Below are positions 12,673 to 27,264 of a DNA stretch of 64,000 nt, one piece after another; position 1 is the first letter of the stretch, and each line of letters starts with the position of its first letter. Origin of the DNA: Eledone cirrhosa (taxonomy: Eukaryota); assembly GCA_964016885.1 (NCBI GenBank), contig OZ024756.1, positions 4,402,001 through 4,466,000 of the forward strand, given 5' to 3'. The translations under genes and the position numbers were made by a program. Below the pieces are notes generated by a model. That model did no database searches, was not told the origin of the DNA, and worked only from the letters and a program-made list of their open reading frames with translations.

Positions 12673-13303
12673 ATATATCATAAATCATGTCCTTAGAATT
12701 ATTAGATAAAATATATACTATTTCCTCTCCTAATCAGCATAATTAACCATATAAAAAATCAATTAGACCAAGCTATAAGAAGAAAGGCTCTTATGAAGAA
12801 ATCTCTGACAAATAACTGAAAGTGGCCTCTTCGCGGTGGCCCCTATAGAGTATTTATCCAACATTTCGACAGCATGTAGAAACTGACTAAATATATCATT
12901 AACCATACACAATTAGGTGTAAAATTAAACTTAGAAGAAATGTGTACATACCGTAATTATATCTCGGTATGTACACATTTCTTCTAAGTTTAATTTTACA
13001 CCTAATTGTGTATGGTTAATGATATATTTAGTCAGTTTCTACATGCTGTCGAAATGTTGGATAAATACTCTATTGGGGCCACCGCGAAGAGGCCACTTTC
13101 AGTTATTTGTCGGAGATTTCTTCATAAGAGCCTTTCTTCTTATAGCTTGGTCTAATTGATTTTTTATATGGTTAATTATGCTAATTAGGAGAGGAAATAG
13201 TATATATTTTATCTAATAATTCTAAGGACATGATTTATGATATATTGCTCTGATTATTTAATTTATTAATTCTTCATAGAGCTTAAAAGTGACCGGTTGC
13301 AGC
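12673..13303 (+). mobile_element. Fold-back element: 281-bp inverted arms (12673-12953 / 12965-13245) plus ~58-nt unpaired tail
   Basis: Near-perfect reverse complementarity with ~3 substitutions seen. TA-rich flanks. Tail gctct...agagc. No complete hammerhead core was found. Confidence 0.8.
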
Positions 13304-13347
13304 ATATATATCTATAACTTTATGTATATGTTAACCTTTATATATAT

Positions 13348-13435
<88 letters not shown>

Positions 13436-13437
13436 AG

Positions 13438-13756
13438 TATTATTATTATATTTGGGGAGGGCCATATTGTTATAATATTCCCAGAAATAATAACAGATCA
13501 CACTCACTGTTTGGTTTTGGTTGGTTTCCGCTTCTGTATCTTTTATATCTCCATAGTTAATTTATCTGTCAACCAATGTTTATCATTGACTGACCAATGG
13601 TTAAAAATACAAATATAGATATATACAGTCTATCAAAATTCTTTTGTCACACATCTGTGACATCATCAGTGGAAAAATGGCGTAGACATTACAATACAAC
13701 GGGACCAAACATAATAATGTTTGCTCCCGTTGTATTATAATGTCTACGCCATTTTT
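13438..13756 (-). mobile_element. Short relic related to the 3' end of the Naiad-like PLE, with degenerate hammerhead (13633-13672) and terminal hairpin (13673-13756)
   Basis: Minus strand CTGATGA-tgtcacagatgtgtgac-AAAA-gaattt resembles the 24396-24438 ribozyme with G12 lost. tttggggagggccatattg resembles tttgggaaggtcatgttg at ~24257. Hairpin aaaaatggcgtagacatta.../...taatgtctacgccattttt. Confidence 0.6.
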
Positions 13757-13782
13757 ATTTAATCTTTCTCTCTCTCTCTCAT

Positions 13783-13837
<55 letters not shown>

Positions 13838-13839
<2 letters not shown>

Positions 13840-14133
13840 AAAACTTCTGACTTTATCATATAGCATTTATTCATTTTCTACTAGCATTTTAAGGGGTCCG
13901 TCGAGTTGCGGATTACAGAGTCGGGTAAGATCGCTACAGATCGAACTTTGAGCTGATCAGTGGCGAAACGCGCGTCACCAACCAATAAATGTAATGAAGG
14001 AGTAACCTATCGTCCTTGTTATCTTTTCAATATAATACACTCGGTATAGCTCTACACCTCGACACAGAAGTGAACCTAAACATCGAGTGCTCACCCGGGT
14101 GAACCTACAGTAACGCCAAGTTACACTCCCTGG
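13838..14133 (+). mobile_element. Short PLE-derived element between (TA)n tracts with a defective hammerhead (13924-13979) and tail
   Basis: ggt-[CTG missing]AAGA-tcgctac...gtggc-GAAA-cgcgcg-TC-acc. Tail cactcg...tcgagtgc. Confidence 0.55.
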
Positions 14134-14145
14134 ATATATATATAT

Positions 14146-14279
14146 AAGTACTAACACAACAGTTAGTTCACCATACGTGGTATGTATGGTGAACTAACTG
14201 TTGTGTTACTACTTCTACCAAACTCGTCCCATGGATTGAGTGATCTAACATTACTGATATTACCTTCCAGTGTTCTGCC

Positions 14280-14280
<1 letters not shown>
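14146..14280 (+). mobile_element. Mini fold-back element: hairpin 14146-14214 plus tail, between (TA)n tracts
   Basis: aagtactaacacaacagttagttcaccatac / gtatggtgaactaactgttgtgttactactt. Tail actc-gtcccatggatt-gagt. Confidence 0.65.
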
Positions 14281-14311
<31 letters not shown>

Positions 14312-14314
14312 AAT

Positions 14315-14640
14315 GCGCATGGCTTAGTGGTTAGAGCATTGGGCTTAGTGGTTAGTGCATTAAGTGGTTGTGAGTTCGATTCTCAGACCGGGTGATGCGT
14401 TGTTTCCTTGAGCAAGACACATTATTTCACGTTGCTCCAGTTTACTCAGCTGTGGAAATGAGTTGCGACGTCACTGGTGCCAAGCTGTATCGGTCAGTGC
14501 CTTTCTTTTGGATGTCACCAGTGGCGTGGTGAGGGGAGACTGGTATGCATGGGTGACTGCTGGTCTTCCACAAAACAAACTGCTCAGGCTTGTGCCTCGG
14601 AGGGAAACTTTCTAGGTGCAAATGTCATGGTCATTCGCCC
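14315..14640 (+). mobile_element. tRNA-derived SINE (family S2)
   Basis: A box tggcttagtggtt, B box gagttcgattc, then ccttgagcaagacac-ttatttcacgttgctccag. A related degenerate copy lies at ~39405. Confidence 0.75.
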
Positions 14641-14734
14641 CCGTGTGGGGCCAAAGCATATATATATAATCCTTATTGAGCCCTCTTCGGATTTTGTTCT
14701 TCACATTTATTACTACTATATATATATATAAAAA

Positions 14735-14929
14735 GGGCGGGGGATTGGCAGTATCGGTAGAGGGTCGGACGCCGTGCTTTGACGCATAGAGTTACGGTCC
14801 TTGCCATTCTGAGTTCAAATCCCGCCGAGGTTAACTTTGCCTTTCATCCTTACGGGGTCGATAAAATAAAGTACCAGTAATACACTGGGTAATTGCTGGC
14901 CTTGTGCCAAGGGTAGAAACAATTATTAC
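14735..14929 (+). mobile_element. Full-length tRNA-derived SINE (family S1)
   Basis: A box tggcagtatcgg, B box gagttcaaatccc, core gaggttaactttgcctttcatcc...gataaaataaagtaccagt, (ATT)n-like tail. At least 8 copies or fragments occur in the window. Confidence 0.88.
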
Positions 14930-14949
14930 TATATATATATATATATATC

Positions 14950-15067
14950 TACTGGTCACGTGGTTACTGATGTCTTGGTTAATCATCACGTGGTTACTGA
15001 TCTCATGGCTACTGGTCACGTGTTTACCGATGCCATGGTAATTGATCCGTTGGTTACTGATCTCACG
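14950..15067. repeat. Small degenerate tandem repeat (~15/30-bp period, tcacgtggttactga)
   Basis: The motif recurs 4 or more times. Confidence 0.7.
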
Positions 15068-15469
15068 TTTTTTTTATATCCTTGACACTGAATACAGGTC
15101 TGAACAGATCCGATGAAGGTGAGGACGGTTTGATGTAATGTAAGACAAAGGCCGGAAGAACTCATAAGAGTCAACGGTCATCTATCAATCCTGTCAAATC
15201 AATGGGTGTCAGTAGTTCCAGCTGTACACATCGTAAGACTGGTGTAGTGGTTCTGAGAACAATGAGGATTTGCAGATGATCAATGTAAATTGACAATGGA
15301 AAGGCGCTCCCGCTCGAGTTAGAAGAGAACTGTTGACCTTCGGGAGAAGCAGCAGCTCCTGAGTGTATTCAACAACCGAAACAGATATGAAGTACACCAA
15401 ATCCATTGCTCCTAGGGGCGGCCCTGGTTCTTCTTATTTGCGAGTGTAGATTAGATTAGATAGATTAGA

Positions 15470-15862
15470 CAAAGCTCACTTCGGCATGACTTTAACTGAG
15501 GGAACACTGAGCCGTAACTATTACCGTAAAGTATTCAATGACATTAGGGAGATCCTGTGTGAGGAAAGTCGAATATTACCTCTGTAGGGTTTGAACTCAG
15601 AGATCAGACAGCCAGAAGAATACCAACAAGTATTCTATCCTACTTTAGGGAGATTCGATGGGATGTAACACAAAGTTCACCTCAGTATTATTTTAACTGT
15701 GAGATCAGAGAGTAAAGTATTGTATCCGACTTGAGGGAGATTCTGTTTGATGTAAGACAAAATTCACCTCTGTTTGATTTTAACTGTGAGATCAGACAGC
15801 CGGAACGAATACCATCAAGTATTTTATCCCACATTCTAATGATTCTGCCCAGTCGCCGCCTT
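15470..15862 (-). repeat. Tandem of 3-4 degenerate SINE-head-derived units
   Basis: Recurring agggagat...acctc...ttaactgtgagatcaga...aagtatt..atcc. The end (tctaatgattctgcccagtcgccgcc) is the reverse complement of an S1-like 5' end. Confidence 0.5.
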
Positions 15863-16238
15863 CTACTAAGTCATACTCAATTTCAAATGACAGCCATGGT
15901 TAAAAGTACACCATTATTAATGTAAAGGGATTACGTTGGGCTTAAATATTTCTGGTTCCCATGAAATATCTTTTTAAAAAAAGGTAATATTTCTATTGAT
16001 GACTCCTTTAAAATGAATGTGATTCCCGTGAAGTGGGATTTCAACATATTATGGCCCCTTTAAAGATGCATTAGTGTATTTACTATCTGGATTCTAACAG
16101 GGCTTCCTTCGGCGCATTCTTATCTTCACATTTCAACGAATGTACTGTTGTATCTCTGAAGACATCCTGTATTGCAAGACAGTCTTCATCTTGTATGTCA
16201 TCCACACGCACACGTGCACACACAGACATCTTATAGAG

Positions 16239-16282
<44 letters not shown>

Positions 16283-16613
16283 TCAGATACAGACATACAC
16301 ACACAAATATCTGCTCACACAAACACCTTATAGAGTTACATACGTACACACACACACACCTATATATATATATATGCTCGCATAAACACCTTATAGAATT
16401 AAATACGAACATACACACACACATACATATATATATATATGCACACACACACATAGATTTTAGAGTTACGTACGCGCAATCACACACAGACATATATATA
16501 CACACAGACACTCACATACACACACTCACATACACAAAGGCTCATGTGAACACAAACAAATTATACTTACACAGTCAGATTCACACTCACTCAATCATAC
16601 AGCCATTGCTCGT

Positions 16614-16644
<31 letters not shown>

Positions 16645-16646
16645 TA

Positions 16647-16701
<55 letters not shown>

Positions 16702-16844
16702 TCACACACACATCAAGTGAATTTTACACAAAAACAAAATTAAAAGTAAGTGCTTGCATAGAAAACACACACACACATCCACACCTAAACACTTACACAC
16801 ATAAACATATACAAATATATACACACACACACATACTCTCTCTC

Positions 16845-19330
<2,486 letters not shown>

Positions 19331-19350
19331 GTATATAAACGTTTGTATTT

Positions 19351-19853
19351 GGCATGTCAGACCTTGACTACTGGGGTCGACTAGAAAAGCTGAAACTTTA
19401 CCCACTCCAACGTCGCCGTGAGCGTTATATTATCTGCATGATGTGGAAAATGTTCCATCATCACTGCCCAAATGATGTTGGCATCGCCTTCAAAATACAC
19501 CCAAGGCTTGGGCCCCGTGCTATCCGTCCCAAACAAAAATCTAAATCGCAACTCATAACAACAATACGGCACAATTATTTCACCTCAATTGGCCCTGCTC
19601 TCTTCAACATCACACCAGGACACGTCAAAACAGAAACTGACCACACAAAATTCAAGAAGTCTTTGGACAAATTCCTCCAAGTAATCCCGGACAAACCACC
19701 CACACCCGAATATGTCTCCGCAAACAGTAATTCTCTTCTCGAATGGGCCATGGTGCCCAAATCCTGAATTGAAAGACTTCGCCAGGTGGTGCTATTAAGT
19801 TAGACATGGCCTGGGCTAATACTGGCCAAAACATTTCAAAGTTATTCAAAGTT
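19351..19853 (+). mobile_element. CR1-like LINE, 5'-truncated 3' end (ORF2 C-terminus and 3' UTR)
   Basis: [27 protein letters not shown]...GPALFN...FKKSLDKFLQVIPDKP...NSLLEW. It ends in a short tandem (ttcaaagtta)x2. Confidence 0.8.
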
Positions 19854-19923
19854 ATATATATATACATACAGCTGTAAGCACAATAATGTTTTGAACAGAT
19901 CTTTGATTCTTATATTTCATATG

Positions 19924-19957
<34 letters not shown>

Positions 19958-20446
19958 CATATATATATACACATATATGGTATGGAAATTTTTTTCTCTC
20001 TCTCTCTTTCGTCTGCGACTTCACAAAACTTATGTTTACCGAATTCGTAGACCAGACCCCTTTATCTTCTTCTTCTTCTTCTTCTTCTTCTCTCCCCCCC
20101 CCCCCCCCCACCCTCGTCAGACTTGTGCGAAATTCTTTCCTTGCTCACATTTCAACCAGGTTTGATGGTCTTTTGTCTCTTGTTCACGATTTCACCGAGT
20201 TTATATTCATAGAGATCTGGGACTTGTCTATTTCTTCTCACTTTCCGTTGCTTAAACCTTTTTGTTTGTTACCCTGGCGTCCCCTTTGTTTACGTGTCCC
20301 AACGACTTTTTTTAGCCGTTGTTCGCACCAACCTGAGGCATATGGCCCTTAAAGCGATGAAATGCCTGGGACGGTTGGACGGTCACTGATGAAGGACCTA
20401 CTTTTTCATATGCCCCACCATTTGCAACGGGCAGCCTAATATTATC

Positions 20447-20511
<65 letters not shown>

Positions 20512-20517
<6 letters not shown>

Positions 20518-20980
20518 ATTAAATAAATGGAAAACTATATTTATAAAACCATATTTATTTCATTATATATATTTCGGGGATATCATATTAACAATATGCT
20601 ATGCCTTCATCAGACAAAATACAATATAAACAGTTTTATAGATAAATATATTCGACATACCGTAATAAACATCAACTTCATTTGGAGAGGTTTACGCTAG
20701 TCCACTGCTAGCGTAAACCTCTCCAAATGAAGTTGATGTTTATTACGGTATGTCGAATATATTTATCTATAAAACTGTTTATATTGTATTTTGTCTGATG
20801 AAGGCATAGCATATTGTTAATATGATATCCCCGAAATATATATAATGAAATAAATATGGTTTTATAAATATAGTTTTCCATTTATTTAATATTGTAAATA
20901 TACTCCAAATATTTGTCGAGTGCTTTTATATCAGTTATAAATATTTACTAGTTGTAACCCAACAATTTTAAATATAACTT

Positions 20981-20983
<3 letters not shown>
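20512..20983 (+). mobile_element. Fold-back element family B: 189-bp inverted arms (20512-20700 / 20708-20896) plus ~87-nt tail, between (TA)n tracts
   Basis: Arms are reverse complements around the loop tccactg, with a hammerhead in each arm. Tail tactc...tcgagtgc. Confidence 0.85.
20788..20851 (+). ncRNA. Type I hammerhead motif (mirror on the minus strand at 20557-20620)
   Basis: attttgt-CTGATGA-aggcatagcatatt gtt aatatgatatcccc-GAAA-tatata-TA-atgaaat. Confidence 0.75.
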
Positions 20984-21020
<37 letters not shown>

Positions 21021-21023
<3 letters not shown>

Positions 21024-22446
21024 GAAATATAAGAATCAAAGATCTGTTCAAAACATTATTGTGCTTACAGCTGTTTCCTCCAAACCGAGCGGAGCAATTT
21101 ATTAATGCATGGACAGTTATATGACCTCCTTTTCAGCCGAGAGACATACCGATACATATTCAAACATTGTGGGTCAACATTCATTACAGAATTTAGAGTG
21201 GCAGTACACACTTCGAGATTACATTTATATTAAGAGGTACAATCAAAAATCAAAAATACAGGTTAAAATACAACATGAAGATAAGCGGTTATATAGTGGA
21301 CATTTTATGTGTGGCACGCATGTGCGTCTTGTTTATATAGTGTGGCAGAGAGATATGTATGGTAGAGGCACTTAGGTAGGTAAACAAGAGTGTTAGGTTG
21401 GTAGATCTGGTGGCAAATTCTTTATATGATTGATATAGTCTGTGTGTGGAGAAATGGTGCAGGCATTAAAAGTGTTAAAAGTATTGGAGATGCACAGCGA
21501 AGGGATGTCAAGTATTTCATGTACTTCGACATTTTCATGGTCAGGGGAGTGTATTTTTCGATTATATGCCCCTCACATAATCCACGACGATGGCGTTTCT
21601 CGAAACGTAACAGCCTCCTGTATTGAACTAAAGAACACCAGACTACGATCTCTAACTGGATTGTCAAACGCTCAATATCGAATTGTCGTGGATTATGTGA
21701 GGGGCATATAATCGAAAAATACACTCCCCTGACCATGAAAATGTCGAAGTACATGAAATACTTGACATCCCTTCGCTGTGCATCTCCAATACTTTTAACA
21801 CTTTTAATGCCTGCACTATTTTTAATGCTTATAACATTTCTCCACACACAGACTATATCAATCATATAAAGAATTTGCCACCAGATCTACCAACCTAACA
21901 CTCTTGTTTACCTACCTAAGTGCCTCTACCACACATATCTCTCTGCCACACTATATAAACAAGACGCACATGCGTGCCACACATAAAATGTCCACTATAT
22001 AACCGCTTATCTTCATGTTGTATTTTAACCTGTATTTTTGATTTTTGATTGTACTTCTTAATATAAATGTAATCTCGAAGTGTGTACTGCCACTCTAAAT
22101 TCTGTAATGAATGTTGACCCAAAATGTTTGAATATGTATCGGTATGTCTCTCGGCTGAAAAGGAGGTCATATAACTGTCCATGCATTAATAAATTGCTCC
22201 GAAGAATCCAAACCTCGGTTTGTAGGAAACAGCTGTAAGCACAATAATGTTTTGAACAGATCTTTGATTCTTATATTTCATATAACTGCTCTGTAAATCA
22301 TCTGATGTTTTTACATTGAGCTACTTAACTTACTGGTACTAAGGTAGTAATACATTACTGCCTACCACTATTTAGGGTGTATGTAAAATACTTATAACTG
22401 CATAAGGTTTTGTATTTACATAACCATAGATAGTATAACTAATACT
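21021..22446 (+). mobile_element. Large fold-back element family C: ~570-600-bp inverted arms (21021-21590 / ~21681-22282), ~90-nt spacer, ~165-nt tail
   Basis: The ORF track shows near-identical translations on opposite strands (21109+ vs 22182-). The arms differ by a few substitutions and a 12-nt and an 18-nt indel. (TA)n on both sides. Confidence 0.85.
22195..22241 (+). ncRNA. Hammerhead motif, U4C variant core (CCGAAGA)
   Basis: tgct-CCGAAGA-atccaaacc tc ggtttgtag-GAAA-cagctg-TA-agca. Palindromic stem/loop III. Confidence 0.65.
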
Positions 22447-22455
22447 ATATATACA

Positions 22456-22505
<50 letters not shown>

Positions 22506-22506
22506 A

Positions 22507-22578
<72 letters not shown>

Positions 22579-23061
22579 CATATAATTTTGTATACTTTGA
22601 CATCGAAAATGTATTCGTGTTTAGAGATGTGTACTTGTGAGTGTATATATATATGTGTATGTGTGTGTGTATATACATATATATATATATATGTAAGAAT
22701 GTATTGTGTATGTGCGTGTGTGTGTGTGTGTATGTGTATGTGTGTATGCGCGTGTGTGTTTATATGAATCTGTGTATGTGACTGTGTGTGTATGTGTGTG
22801 CATGTGTGAGTGTGTTTGTGCTCGTATGTGTCTGTGTGTGTCTATGTATGTGTGCGCACATGTGTATGTGTGTATATGTATGTATGTGTATGTGTGTGTG
22901 TATATATATGTCTGTATGTGTATAGTACATGGCCAATCTGTCTCAGCTACTCAAGCAGGCAATAAAGATCAGATCAACTTCCACAACACAATATTTCACA
23001 AGTTTAAAGAACCTTAACTTCACCGTTGCCACTCCCTCCCCCCCTTTCTATCTTCATTAGT

Positions 23062-23545
23062 ACACCGCTACCACCATCACCACCACCACCAGCACCACCA
23101 GCAGCACCACCACTACCACCACTACCACCACCGCCACCATCACCACCACCACTACCACCACCACCACCAGCATCAACACCACCATACCCATACCACCACC
23201 ATCACCACCATCGCCACCATCACCACAACCACTACCACCACCACCGCCACAGCTACTACCATTACCACCACCACAGCCACTACCACAAGCACCACCACTA
23301 CCACCACCACCACTACCACCACCAGCAACACCGCCATACCCACCACCACGACCACCACAGCCACTACCACTACCACCACTACCACCAAAAACACCACCAC
23401 CACTATCACCACCATCACCACCACCACCGTTACCACCACCAACACCACCACCACCATCACCACCACCAACAACACTACCAACACCACCATCACCACCACC
23501 ACCACCAGCATCTCCACCACCATCACCGCCCTCCTCATAGCCACG
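23062..23545. repeat. (CCA)n-like microsatellite
   Basis: Degenerate CAC/CCA triplets that generate spurious poly-Pro/His ORFs. Confidence 0.93.
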
Positions 23546-23849
23546 TAATACCCTCAGGCCCCCAACCCTACACACACACACACATATGTATATATATATA
23601 TATATACATATATACATGCTCATACATTTATACATATAAATATGTACATATGTATATGTATATAAGTGTGTGTATGTATGTATGTATATATATATATGTG
23701 TGTGTGTGCGCGTGTACATATTTACATTTATGTATCAGCTGTGCTAGGGCGTGATATAATTCTGATTTTGTTTTTATTATTCGACAAGACCAACCGTAAC
23801 TCGCTCAGTATGCAAATGAGGCAAGTCAGCCAATGTGCACTTAGGAAAA

Positions 23850-24055
23850 TACTATATATTTTCAACCGTTCAACACACTGGCAGTGGTATACAGTCCTGA
23901 TGAAAAGTAATGACCCGGAAATATATTGATTGTTTCTCAAAACCAGTATTGAACAAACAGCTAACGATCGGTCACCCGCATGGCACAGCTTCAAATTGGA
24001 CCCTTTGTTTACAAACGAATCGAACATTATTATTAGTGTTCGATATAACCCATAT
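23850..24055 (+). mobile_element. Short hammerhead-bearing element family D (hammerhead 23891-23933); second copy at ~33045-33398 interrupted by a SINE
   Basis: acagtc-CTGATGA-aaagtaatgacccg-GAAA-tata-TT-gattgt. Both copies share caaccgttcaaca...gcatggcaYagcttcaaat...gtgttcgatataaccca. Confidence 0.65.
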
Positions 24056-24074
24056 GTATAAATGTGTGTGTATG

Positions 24075-24139
<65 letters not shown>

Positions 24140-24245
24140 ACATACCTACATTTAATTTAATATATACTATGTATAAATATATATTTATTTCCTTTCTGAA
24201 TTTGTTTAGCAAGATTCTTTATCTGAAAACGTGTGTTGATACCGA

Positions 24246-25795
24246 TATTGTTATACTTTGGGAAGGTCATGTTGCCAATAAGAAACACACGCACCAGTTG
24301 CTTTCACTTCAATTTATTATAAATATAAATTTCATAAATTTTATAAATTTCCGGTTGGTGTACTGATTCCACAACCGGATGGTTGTTCATATATTGTCAA
24401 AGTTCTTTCGTCACACATTCTGTGACCTCTTCAGTGACTGATGATTCTTTTCTTTTCTTTGTTTTGTGCCTCTCCTTTGTTCTGTCCTACGCCATCTTGT
24501 TTTTGTGTGTGTTGTGTGCTTAGTTTGCGCATGTGTTACATCCAGGTGTCTGTGTGTGTTTTTATTTGTTTATTTATTTGTTTATTTACATGTTACTAGT
24601 TAGTTGTTTGTTTTGTGTGTGTGTGTTTTCATTTTGTCCTTAATTATAAATTGTGATGTTGCTATTCCATTCATATTTTCTATTTAATTTTGGTTGGAGT
24701 TCATTTATGTTTATTGCCTCTGTGATTTGTCTAAGCATTGCGTCTTTTCTGTGTGTAGATTCTATTTGTATCTCTATGTTCTCTAATTTGCCCTTATGTT
24801 CTATTTTAACATCTTGGAGTTCTCGCCAGTGTTCATTTAATCGTTCTCGTATGCTACGACCTGTCTCACCTATGTACATTATATTCTAATTTTTACATTG
24901 TCCCTCAGTACATCTTATGCTATATACTGTGTTTCTAGTTTTACAGTTAATATGGGTGCTTAGCTTACAGATTATGCATTTCTTATCTATACGGGGAGGT
25001 CTTTGAAAAGGGTATGTATTACTAATTAGTGTTTTTATGGAAGTACCTGGTCTTTCCACTATCTTAATATTAATTTTAAGTTTATCTAGGGCCCTTCTAA
25101 ATTTGTAAGCTAATTCACCTCTAGGGGTTGTATTGATGAACATTACACTCTGTTATTTATTGCTATCATACCATGAGTTTATTTTATTAACCTTGTTCCT
25201 AGTTCTTTCTATTCTATTCCAAAATTTGCTCCTATACAAGGGGCAGGTCCTATTTATGTCATTATTTAGCATTTTTTCCAATTTGGTTCTGGCTCCTCTA
25301 TACACTCTGATTTTATCTCTCTGATTGTAGCCAGAGAACTGCATACGGTGGATGAAGTGTTGTATGTGTCTCTCTAATTCTTTGGGGTTGCACATGCGGG
25401 ACACGTTTCTCATCACCCGTACCAAATCCGCAATCAGTATGTTGATTTTGGTATGGTCCGAAACAGCTGAGTTTCGGTGGATCAGATGTTTGGAAGTCAT
25501 GGGTTTGGCATAATGGGAATGGAGGATTTGTTTTTTGTTATTAATGGTATCTAACCAGAGCCCTGTGTCTAGTACAGGTAATCGATGGTTGGGGTGTTTA
25601 CTAGGGTAGTCTATAGTAACTTTGATACTCTGGTGGATGGAGTTAGCTATTTGCTGGATGCTTTCCATTGTGTTTTTCTCTAATTCCTGACTGTTCTCTA
25701 GTGGGGGTGTTTTTACTACGATGTTTATATCACCAACGTAGCGGGAGTACATTATCAGGGTTAGGAGGTTGTTGTCTTCTAATTGTTTCTTAAGT
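24246..25795 (-). mobile_element. Penelope-like element, Naiad-like, 5'-truncated and degraded (RT thumb, Cys-rich linker, GIY-YIG endonuclease, 3' UTR)
   Basis: One frame, 25795 to 24640, with two in-frame stops (TAA ~25153, TAG ~24886): YSRYVGD, LPVLD, YAKPM, FSGY, PLYR..W, FINTTP, CxxC...NCKTRNTVYSIRC, YIGETGRSIRERLNEH, RQITEAINI, LNRKYEW. Confidence 0.85.
24396..24438 (-). ncRNA. Type I hammerhead motif in the 3' region of the Naiad-like PLE
   Basis: gtca-CTGAAGA-ggtcaca gaatg tgtgac-GAAA-gaac-TT-tgac. Confidence 0.8.
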
Positions 25796-25920
25796 TTAAA
25801 AAAAAAAAAGAAAGCATGGCGGACTGAAAGATTAAGCAATAAACCCATAGTTACCTCAATAAGGTGTACCTGAACTGACTACCTGTCATTATTGATTGAA
25901 CCGTGACCTCAATAAGGTGA

Positions 25921-26765
25921 CCATCACCACCACCACACCACCACCATCACCACCATAACACCACGTCACCACCACCACCATCACCAGCACTACCACCACC
26001 ACAACCACCACTACCATCACCACACCACTACCACCACCACTGCCACGCCACCACCACCACCACCACTACCACTACTACGTCACCACCATCACCACCACTA
26101 CGTCACCACCACCACCACCACTACGTCACCACCACCACTACGTCACCACCACCACCACCACTACGTCACCACCACCACCACCACTACCACCACCACATCA
26201 CCACCACCAACACACCACCACCACCTCCACCAACACACCACCACCACCAACACACCACCACCCCCACTACACCACCACACCTCACGCCCACTACACCACC
26301 ACCAACAAACACCACGGCCAACACTACCGCCACCACCACCATCGCCACCATCACTACCACCACCACCAACACACCACCACCAACACACCACCACCACACC
26401 ACGACCACACCACCACCACACCACCACTACAACATCACCACGCGACCACCACCACCACGCGACCACCACCACCACGCGACCACCACCACCGCTACCACTC
26501 CACCACCACCACCGCCACTACACCGCCACCACCAACACTACCACTACCACCCTCACTACACCACACCACCGCCACCACCACAACACCACCACACCAACAC
26601 ACCACTACACCCCCACCACCACCAACACTACCACCATATCCCCACCACCACCACTACGCCACCACCACCACTACACCACCACTACCACCACCACTATCAC
26701 CACCATCACCACGTCACCACCACACCACTACCACCACGTCACCACTACACCGCCACCACCATCAC
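25921..26765. repeat. (CCA)n-like microsatellite
   Basis: Degenerate CAC/CCA triplets with ctacgtcaccacc subunits. Confidence 0.93.
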
Positions 26766-27008
26766 TGTGACATGAACACCAACAGGAAATGGTACGATGA
26801 GGTAGACTTCCTCACAATCTAATCACCAATCTGTCAGTTGCTATAGCAATAAGCAGAGAAGTGTGGGAGGTTGAGGGACACTGACTGGGTAGGTAGGGTG
26901 GTAGGTAGCTGGGGGGTGAATGGGGGATTGTATGAAGGTGGGTAGTTCCCGTAGTTGTTGGAATAGGAGCCTTACTAAAGAGACAACCAACTTAGATTAT
27001 CAATATTA

Positions 27009-27252
27009 CTTGCCTTTCATCCTTACGGGGTCGATTAAATAAAGTACCAGTAATACACTGGGGTTATTGCTGGCCTTGTGCCAAAAGTAGAAACAATTAT
27101 TACTCGAGCCCGTAAGGATGAAAGGCAAAGTTAACCTCGGCAAATCCCGCCGAGGTTAACTTTGCTGTTCATCCTTACGAGGTCTATTAAATAAAGTACC
27201 AGTAATGTACTGGTTATTGTTGGCCTTCTGCTAAAAATAGAAACAGTTATTA
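27009..27252 (+). mobile_element. Cluster of two truncated S1 SINEs, the second preceded by an inverted 31-bp segment
   Basis: SINE cores at 27009-27102 and 27141-27252. Hairpin 27111-27141 / 27149-27179. Confidence 0.75.
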
Positions 27253-27264
27253 CTGGTTCTCACT

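Noticed and set aside
14315-14390. tRNA genes at the A/B-box sequences (also 14735, 33193, 37758, 39404)
   Set aside because: There is no complete cloverleaf. The boxes run into multi-copy SINE bodies with AT-rich tails and, in some copies, target-site duplications.
21109-22182. Duplicated protein-coding genes on opposite strands
   Set aside because: The ORFs are mirror images because they lie in the arms of a palindrome. No recognisable domain.
23026-23754. Pro/His-rich or Gly-rich protein (cephalopod beak or cuticle-like)
   Set aside because: It is a (CCA)n microsatellite running into (CA)n/(TA)n. There is no ATG-led signal peptide or splice support, and similar tracts recur at 6121, 25921 and 38860.
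24640-25795. Selenoprotein (UGA-recoding) in the Naiad-like PLE, as known for some Naiad elements
   Set aside because: The two in-frame stops are TAA and TAG, not TGA at Cys positions. I saw no SECIS-like hairpin in the 3' UTR, and the RT motif is mutated to YVGD. The element is simply degraded.
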